A stretch of 51,078 nt of DNA from a virus. Its lineage: Duplodnaviria > Caudoviricetes. Each line of letters starts with the position of its first letter. Position 1 is the stretch's first letter. The position numbers and the translations under genes are program-made. Positions 45,886-51,078 of this stretch are shown piece by piece. Where the stretch lies: IMG/VR virus record IMGVR_UViG_3300036830_000098, positions 1-51,078 of that record; one strand, given 5' to 3'. A model generated the notes under the pieces. It saw only the letters and a program-made list of their open reading frames with translations. It was not told the origin of the DNA and made no database searches.

Positions 45886-46092
45886 ATGTCGGCGGAACGC
45901 AAAAAATCCACAATGATTTCGGCCAGACTGCCCACGACGCTCGTAGAACGCGCGGACTACGTAACTCGCAACATAGACAGCAAAACCGTCAAAAATCGGT
46001 CCACGGCCGTCCGCGCTGCCCTGGAAGGGTGGCTTCCGGCGCAGGAGGACCGGCTTCGGGAGCTAGGAATCCTTGCGAAAAAAGCCCGTTAA
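45886..46092 (+). CDS. Ribbon-helix-helix transcriptional regulator
   Basis: MISARLP..LVERAD.....NRSTAVRAALE; promoter TTGCAA-N17-TAGTCT ends 7 nt before the ATG. Confidence 0.72.
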   Translation: MSAERKKSTMISARLPTTLVERADYVTRNIDSKTVKNRSTAVRAALEGWLPAQEDRLRELGILAKKAR

Positions 46093-46450
46093 AAAGAAGC
46101 GCAAGACCGTCGAGAACGACGAAACCTGCCTGCATTTACACTGCGCCAAGTGGGTCAGAGACACGCACCCTGATCTGCTGATTTTCCACGTAGCCAACGA
46201 ACGCAAGGCGGCGGTGCAGTACCACGTCAAGCTGAAACGCATGGGCGTCCTGGGTGGCGTGGCCGACTTTCTGGCATTCCCGGTTAGCGGTGCCAAGGTC
46301 GCGGTTGAACTGAAAGACGACAAGGGCACGCAGGACGCGGATCAAATCGCTTTTCAAAAACGATGGGAGCGCGCGGGCGGTGTTTATCACCTTGTCCGCA
46401 CGCTGGCGCATTTTCAAAATGTCGTGTCGGCGCTCGTGTTGTTTTCCTAA
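46073..46450 (+). CDS. VRR-NUC domain nuclease
   Basis: FHVANE, G...GVADF, VELK...G.Q...Q..F. Confidence 0.88.
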   Translation: MRKKPVKKKRKTVENDETCLHLHCAKWVRDTHPDLLIFHVANERKAAVQYHVKLKRMGVLGGVADFLAFPVSGAKVAVELKDDKGTQDADQIAFQKRWERAGGVYHLVRTLAHFQNVVSALVLFS

Positions 46451-46869
46451 ATAACAAGACTCCAGGCACCCGCGACTTTAACGTAAATATGCAATCCAAC
46501 AGTGTCCGCGTACCAATCGCCGTTAACGCCCTGGCCGACAACTGGCGCAATGATTCCGTTCAAGACCTGATTGCGCGCTTGCAAAGTTGCCACTTCACCG
46601 TTCAACGTAACTATGCTGGCGGTGTTCGCCGCCACTTCGCCATTAAGTATGCCTATGCTGGCGGTGTTCGCCGCCACTTCGCCATTCAGCGTGGCTATGT
46701 CAGCGACGTTTGTTGCGACCTGCGCAATGGTCGCGGGTAAATCTTGCACAGTAGACGGATCAATCAGACCGCTCGAATTAAGAATCGATTGCAATTCTAT
46801 GAGCCAGCGATTAAGCGGCTGCAATGCGACGGGCAGCGTCGGAGGCGGGGGAAATTTCAGAACCGCCAT
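46447..46869 (-). CDS. Tail needle-like trimeric coiled-coil protein (P22 gp26-like)
   Basis: Repeated LNGEVAANTASI heptads; directly follows the gp10-like gene. Confidence 0.65.
   Translation of the reverse strand: MAVLKFPPPPTLPVALQPLNRWLIELQSILNSSGLIDPSTVQDLPATIAQVATNVADIATLNGEVAANTASIGILNGEVAANTASIVTLNGEVATLQARNQVLNGIIAPVVGQGVNGDWYADTVGLHIYVKVAGAWSLVI
46611..46686. repeat. 34-bp direct repeat with 42-bp period (14-aa coiled-coil unit)
   Basis: CTATGCTGGCGGTGTTCGCCGCCACTTCGCCATT at 46611 and 46653. Confidence 0.9.
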
Positions 46870-46870
46870 T

Positions 46871-48334
46871 TCACGACCCTGGAGTTATATTCGCAAACAG
46901 CTCATCGATAGTAAACGGGGCCTGCGTACCGCCGTATTGCAAACGAAACTGTCGCCGTCGTCCAGTGCCGAACTCGCGTCCGATGGCACGCCTTGTGCCG
47001 GGTTGCGGCATTACGATTTGGCGCGCGCCGCGCCATGTCACCGCACGATCTTCGGACCAGTCAAGTTGAAAACTGCCGGCCGCCGGACCCATAGACGAAG
47101 TAATGTCGATCGAATTGTATGTTTGTCGCGCCTCTTCGCTGCCGACCCACGGCGTTTGAATAAGCCTCGGCATCACGCCCGCCGGTTCCGAGCTGTTGTT
47201 GAGATCGATCGTGCAGACCTCGCCGGTATCGAGGCCGACATACGTAATGCCACCACTGTCTTCCGTAGCGCAGCGGCCTGCGTGGTCGAGACGGCCCGGC
47301 GTCTGCCGGTACGACCACACGCCTGAAGTCGAGCACAGTTCTAGGGACCATGCACCGGGCAATGTCAGCACGTAGAAATCGCCACCGCCCTGACCATAAG
47401 CGTAGGCTACAAGGGTAGAGAGCTGGGCAGCCGTCAACTGTTGCAAAAGCAAATCGACCCAAGGTGGTGAGATTGGCTGGCCTGTCTGCCCTGAACACAT
47501 CCATACGCGGCGATCAGTACCGACGAAAGCAATCACGTCGCGCAACACGGATAGCGACAGGCGCGCGGCAATTCCGACCGAGTACAGCGAATTGGGGTAC
47601 GCGGTGAATGCGAAGTCAGTTTGACCGCCTGGCGCATACCACTGTTCAAGCGAACGGGCGCCGAGCGGCCACAGCACGAGGCCCGATACAGCCAAATCGA
47701 CAACGCGATCGGCGCGGGCTTCCTTCGTGGCAAAGCTGTTCGGCAATACGGTTGCCGGCGCCAGCGGATTTGAGCTGTACATTTTGGCGTCTTGGCTGGC
47801 GTAGAAATTAGACGCTCCCGAATACACCGCGAAGTTGTTCATTTCGGCGCACGTGGAAGGATCAAAATTTATAGATGCGTCAAAACCGCAATTGACGACG
47901 CCTACGCCCTGAGTGGCAGTGTAGGCCGTGCCGTATTCCGCGGCATTATTTATATTCCGGTTTGAAGTAATGACCAGCGCCGTGCGGTCTTCCGCAAACC
48001 GGATTATCGGTTGCTGCGCGTTCACGGCGACGAAGCCCGCCAGCGCGGGCACGCCGGTTTCCACGCCGTAGTAGATCGATCCGTCCGCGTGCCCCGTCCA
48101 AATGTTATTGAGTGCGTGCGACATGGCGATGCAGGGCGCGGCCGTAGGCTTGCATTTTGTTGGCAATCCTGGAGCGCCGACAAGCCGCACGGGCGGCCGG
48201 TAAGGCGAGCCGTCTACACCCGGCCTGTCTTCCTTCATGTCGCGGGGGACAACGCGCACGTTTACTAGTTTAGCCGAACCTTCATCCAGGTTTTTGGGGT
48301 CTTGAAAGGAGCCGAGTACGCTAATGGCGGGCAT
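46871..48334 (-). CDS. Packaged-DNA stabilisation / tail hub protein (P22 gp10-like)
   Basis: 487 aa; PGL, FATKE..AD, G..S.EQW, PIS, FYVLT.P, WSED...W and R.FR motifs. Confidence 0.82.
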   Translation of the reverse strand: MPAISVLGSFQDPKNLDEGSAKLVNVRVVPRDMKEDRPGVDGSPYRPPVRLVGAPGLPTKCKPTAAPCIAMSHALNNIWTGHADGSIYYGVETGVPALAGFVAVNAQQPIIRFAEDRTALVITSNRNINNAAEYGTAYTATQGVGVVNCGFDASINFDPSTCAEMNNFAVYSGASNFYASQDAKMYSSNPLAPATVLPNSFATKEARADRVVDLAVSGLVLWPLGARSLEQWYAPGGQTDFAFTAYPNSLYSVGIAARLSLSVLRDVIAFVGTDRRVWMCSGQTGQPISPPWVDLLLQQLTAAQLSTLVAYAYGQGGGDFYVLTLPGAWSLELCSTSGVWSYRQTPGRLDHAGRCATEDSGGITYVGLDTGEVCTIDLNNSSEPAGVMPRLIQTPWVGSEEARQTYNSIDITSSMGPAAGSFQLDWSEDRAVTWRGARQIVMPQPGTRRAIGREFGTGRRRQFRLQYGGTQAPFTIDELFANITPGS

Positions 48335-48482
48335 TGATATCCCAATCCATGCTTACGACGTACTTCCAAACTTCATGTAACCGCCACCCCATCATGTATT
48401 TTAGTATCGGTGCAGTACGGGTGACGTGCGTCTCCGCGACTATGCCGGCTACAAAATGAGGTGCCGTAATCCTGTACAGCAT
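48321..48482 (-). CDS. 53-aa hypothetical protein
   Basis: MLYRITAPHFVAGIVAETHVTRTAPILKYMMGW; fills the gap between the gp4-like and gp10-like genes. Confidence 0.6.
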   Translation of the reverse strand: MLYRITAPHFVAGIVAETHVTRTAPILKYMMGWRLHEVWKYVVSMDWDINARH

Positions 48483-48483
48483 A

Positions 48484-49167
48484 TCAATTCCTGACGAATC
48501 TCAACCATTGCTGGCCGCGAGCGTAGTCGCGCCATCGCGCGTTCACGCGCTCCGCGTCGATGATGATCGGATCGGTAGGGCTCAGAACGCGGCCGTAGGA
48601 ACCCATGATACGCCGCCCAAGGAGCAACGCCGCGTCGTGCAGACCTTCGGGCGGCAGCGCAACCACGTCGCTACCGTCCGCCGCCGAAATGAGAGGCAGC
48701 CGGCCTCCATACTCGATCAGGGCCTTGGCCGTGGCGCGCGGGGGCTGCCATGCGGTAACGAGCACTGACCCATCGGTTTGCCGTTCCTGGTGCCATTTTG
48801 TGATGATGCCGGGATACGTCGTTCGCACTACATCGGCAATCGGTGCCATGCGGGTTTCACGATTGACGGTCAAATTTATGTCGTTCATCCAAATAGCGCG
48901 CACGGCCACCGCATCGGCTTGTACCAAGTAATCCGCGCTCGCCGTGCCTACCGAAAACGAATAAATTTGCTGCGGCGTGCCCGGCGGAAGCTGTACGTTG
49001 GCCCGCTTAATGAGATACTGGCAGGCGCCGTCTGCCTGTTCCTGGCGCAACAAATCGTTAAGCACGGCTACGTTGTTCGCTATATCCGTAGGCGTACCTT
49101 GCTCAGTTTGATCGATTATTCCGAAAAGATGCAGAGCTTTCGTGATGATATCCGCAGCCGTTGCCAT
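48484..49167 (-). CDS. Head-to-tail adaptor (P22 gp4-like)
   Basis: TA.DII..AL...G...LNDLL N-terminus and LP......L..LL C-terminus. Confidence 0.75.
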   Translation of the reverse strand: MATAADIITKALHLFGIIDQTEQGTPTDIANNVAVLNDLLRQEQADGACQYLIKRANVQLPPGTPQQIYSFSVGTASADYLVQADAVAVRAIWMNDINLTVNRETRMAPIADVVRTTYPGIITKWHQERQTDGSVLVTAWQPPRATAKALIEYGGRLPLISAADGSDVVALPPEGLHDAALLLGRRIMGSYGRVLSPTDPIIIDAERVNARWRDYARGQQWLRFVRN

Positions 49168-49170
49168 GTC

Positions 49171-49788
49171 CTATACCTTAATCGCGGCGGCCCAGGGCGG
49201 CGACCACAGTTGATCGTTTGGAAAGTCTCGATCGGTTTTGGCCACGTCCGCCAACTCGTCGGCTTCGTTTGGCGGCGTTACCGTTCGGACTGACGAACTA
49301 GGCAAAAAAGTACCGTCATAGTCGGCCGGTACGATCGTCGTCAGGTTGAACACCTTGGCCGAAAGCGGCGCATTCGGTCCTACGAATGCGGCCGACTTGC
49401 CCATGCCGGAATAGTAAGGGACCGTACTCAGCAGGTTGGCTAGCCGCGTAGCGTCGTCCGGCGCTGCCGCAGGCGCATTTGCAAATACCGCCGTGTTGCC
49501 ATATCGCGGCCCGTTGCCCCATATGGCGTCGAGGTTGTAGCGCAGCGGTAACGGTTCCGGTGGCGGCTCTATGGACTTATCGGGGAACGCCTGGAAATCG
49601 TAAACAAGCGGCCAAGGGTCCCAGCAGGACCGCGTTGCGCGTCCCGACGATTTGCTGCACACGAGCAACCCGGTCAGCCGCTCTCTTTTCAGACTTGAAT
49701 AAAGAACTCGTGCGTTACATCGTGCGCATGCGCCCCACAAAGCCGCGTTGCGGAATTTTGGCTTGACCGTGTGGTTTGCAGAAACCAT
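49171..49788 (-). CDS. Zn-binding head-completion region protein
   Basis: CARC...GLLVC...CWDP. Confidence 0.7.
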   Translation of the reverse strand: MVSANHTVKPKFRNAALWGACARCNARVLYSSLKRERLTGLLVCSKSSGRATRSCWDPWPLVYDFQAFPDKSIEPPPEPLPLRYNLDAIWGNGPRYGNTAVFANAPAAAPDDATRLANLLSTVPYYSGMGKSAAFVGPNAPLSAKVFNLTTIVPADYDGTFLPSSSVRTVTPPNEADELADVAKTDRDFPNDQLWSPPWAAAIKV

Positions 49789-49804
49789 CCGCCGACCTTA
49801 AAGC

Positions 49805-49840
49805 AAAAAGGCCCCCGGTAGTTTTCTTTTACCGGGGGCC
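49805..49840 (-). terminator. Rho-independent terminator after the major capsid gene
   Basis: 11-bp stem GGCCCCCGGTA/TACCGGGGGCC followed by TTTTT on the minus strand. Confidence 0.88.
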
Positions 49841-49866
49841 AAGTTTGGGAGGAACCCGCCTAAGAA

Positions 49867-50799
49867 TCAGACGCCATCGGCGCCGGGACTGCCGTACACG
49901 CAACGGAAATCGACGATCGAAGCGGCGCAACGCATCCAGATCGCGATCAGCGATGCTTGGTTGCTCCAATTGCTGTCTTCGCGAGTTTCGAGCGCCGACC
50001 GTTCCCAGAACGTGAAACCCTGGCCGTTGTCTTTTTCCTGCTCGCTGGTCTGGATGAAGTAGTTATCCTTGTCCACGAGGTAGGGGGTCTCGACAACCTC
50101 GGGAAGCGCGCCGGTCGAACGCAGGACGTTGATGTTGTTGGTCTGCGCGTTCCACTGCAACGGCGAACCGAGAATACGCCGCGTTTCGGGGCCGCTTTCC
50201 GGCGACAGTATGACGCGCTTCGGCAGTTCGTTGATGATGAAGCCGCGGCCATTGCGCGTGTATGAAATCTGGATCACGGCGTTTTCGAACGCCAGTTCCG
50301 ACACGTTGGCCGAAATGAGCTGGTTCGATTGCAAGCCGCTTGCGGTCGGATGGCTGGGCGAGATAAGCGGAACGCCATCGGCGCGCAGGCCGTTGACGGC
50401 ATCGACAGCGACTTGCAGCGGCGCGTGTGCGATGTACTCTTCGGTCTGCCGCGCGCTGAATGCCAGTTCCTTCATCATGCGCGAGCCGACATCTTCGTAC
50501 AGATTGTCGTCCTTCGCTTCGCGCGAGATGGCGACAGCCAGACCGTACGACGCATGCGTGACCTGCGTACGATAGCCTTCGTTCGGCACGTCGAATTGGA
50601 CAGGTTCGAGTTCGGGCTGCTGCACGGCAAGACCGAGGCCGGCGCGCTCCGTCATGAACTCTTCGAACGCTTTCTCCGATGGCTTGGTATCGAAGAACTG
50701 AGTGTAGATCGGCATAAGCCTTTCGTAGTCCAAACCAAAGAGCGCGTAGAGGCCCGGCCAATAAGAACTGGGCTGGAGACTCCTATCGATGACCTGCAA
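49867..50799 (-). CDS. Major capsid protein
   Basis: GGAG SD with TTG start at 50799; PGLYALFGLDY, S.KAFEE, ISREA.DDNLY, DGVPL.S.SHP, NNIN; strong terminator downstream. Confidence 0.9.
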   Translation of the reverse strand: MQVIDRSLQPSSYWPGLYALFGLDYERLMPIYTQFFDTKPSEKAFEEFMTERAGLGLAVQQPELEPVQFDVPNEGYRTQVTHASYGLAVAISREAKDDNLYEDVGSRMMKELAFSARQTEEYIAHAPLQVAVDAVNGLRADGVPLISPSHPTASGLQSNQLISANVSELAFENAVIQISYTRNGRGFIINELPKRVILSPESGPETRRILGSPLQWNAQTNNINVLRSTGALPEVVETPYLVDKDNYFIQTSEQEKDNGQGFTFWERSALETREDSNWSNQASLIAIWMRCAASIVDFRCVYGSPGADGV

Positions 50800-50901
50800 T
50801 TTAATTCTCCGTACGTTTGCGGCTCGTGCGAGCCTAGACTTGACTTCCGACGAAAAGGCCAATACACAAGGCCACCAGAAAGCACCGTAGACAAGAGTAC
50901 C

Positions 50902-51078
50902 ATGCGCCATAGAAAAGTCAAAACGTGCAGCAAGTGCGGTAAATCAGTTACCGAACTAGTGCGGCATCGGACCATATGCTACCCATGCAACCTAGCCCGG
51001 AAGCGCGACGTAGCCGCGCGAGCACAGTCCACGGAGGCCGGTGCTGTCTATAATCGAACAACTACGGCAGCATACAGG
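50902..51078 (+). CDS. 5' part of the origin-spanning HNH-like endonuclease
   Basis: ATG 50902 reads through the terminal overlap into 1..475. Confidence 0.75.
   Translation, partial: MRHRKVKTCSKCGKSVTELVRHRTICYPCNLARKRDVAARAQSTEAGAVYNRTTTAAYR

Noticed and set aside
50800-50910. N-terminal extension of the major capsid protein given in the ORF track
   Set aside because: A GGAG SD with TTG at 50799 fits better; the extension covers the divergent promoter region and overlaps the HNH start.
50952-51078. 127-bp terminal repeat as a biological DTR
   Set aside because: The length matches a common assembler k-mer overlap and the repeat lies mid-gene, so it shows circularity only.
1-51078. tRNA/tmRNA genes or stop-codon reassignment
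   Set aside because: I saw no cloverleaf by eye (tRNAscan-SE or ARAGORN would be decisive). Genes tile densely under the standard code, with TAA, TAG and TGA all used as stops.

Overview
This is a complete, circularly assembled dsDNA tailed-phage genome: 50,951 bp of unique sequence plus a 127-bp end overlap. A P22-like short-tail (podovirus) morphology is likely, and the host is probably an alphaproteobacterium of the Hyphomicrobiales (inferred from an Omp25/RopB-type barrel and ANDN-type C-terminal tails). The recognisable modules are: portal/GroES-like/scaffold, terminase, a long minus-strand late operon with a lysis cassette, a large ejection protein with a transglycosylase domain, divergent early micro-gene arms around a palindrome-rich non-coding hub (27.84-28.09 kb), replication genes (Prim-Pol/helicase, MTase, SF2 helicase, DUF2800-like nuclease, SSB, PolA) interrupted by a serine-resolvase island, and the capsid/head-closure block. 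The best novelty candidates are (1) five Sec-signal-bearing, Ser/Thr/Cys-rich late proteins co-encoded with a WaaL/O-OTase-family enzyme, two with ssrA-like tails, suggesting periplasmic maturation and glycosylation; (2) a [F/M/I]-P-W tag at the termini of seven unrelated packaging and replication proteins; (3) a holin-like/outer-membrane beta-barrel fusion next to a lipase in the lysis cassette; and (4) a TGTATGACA operator-like motif at several promoters. All family calls come from motif recognition by eye; no searches were run.
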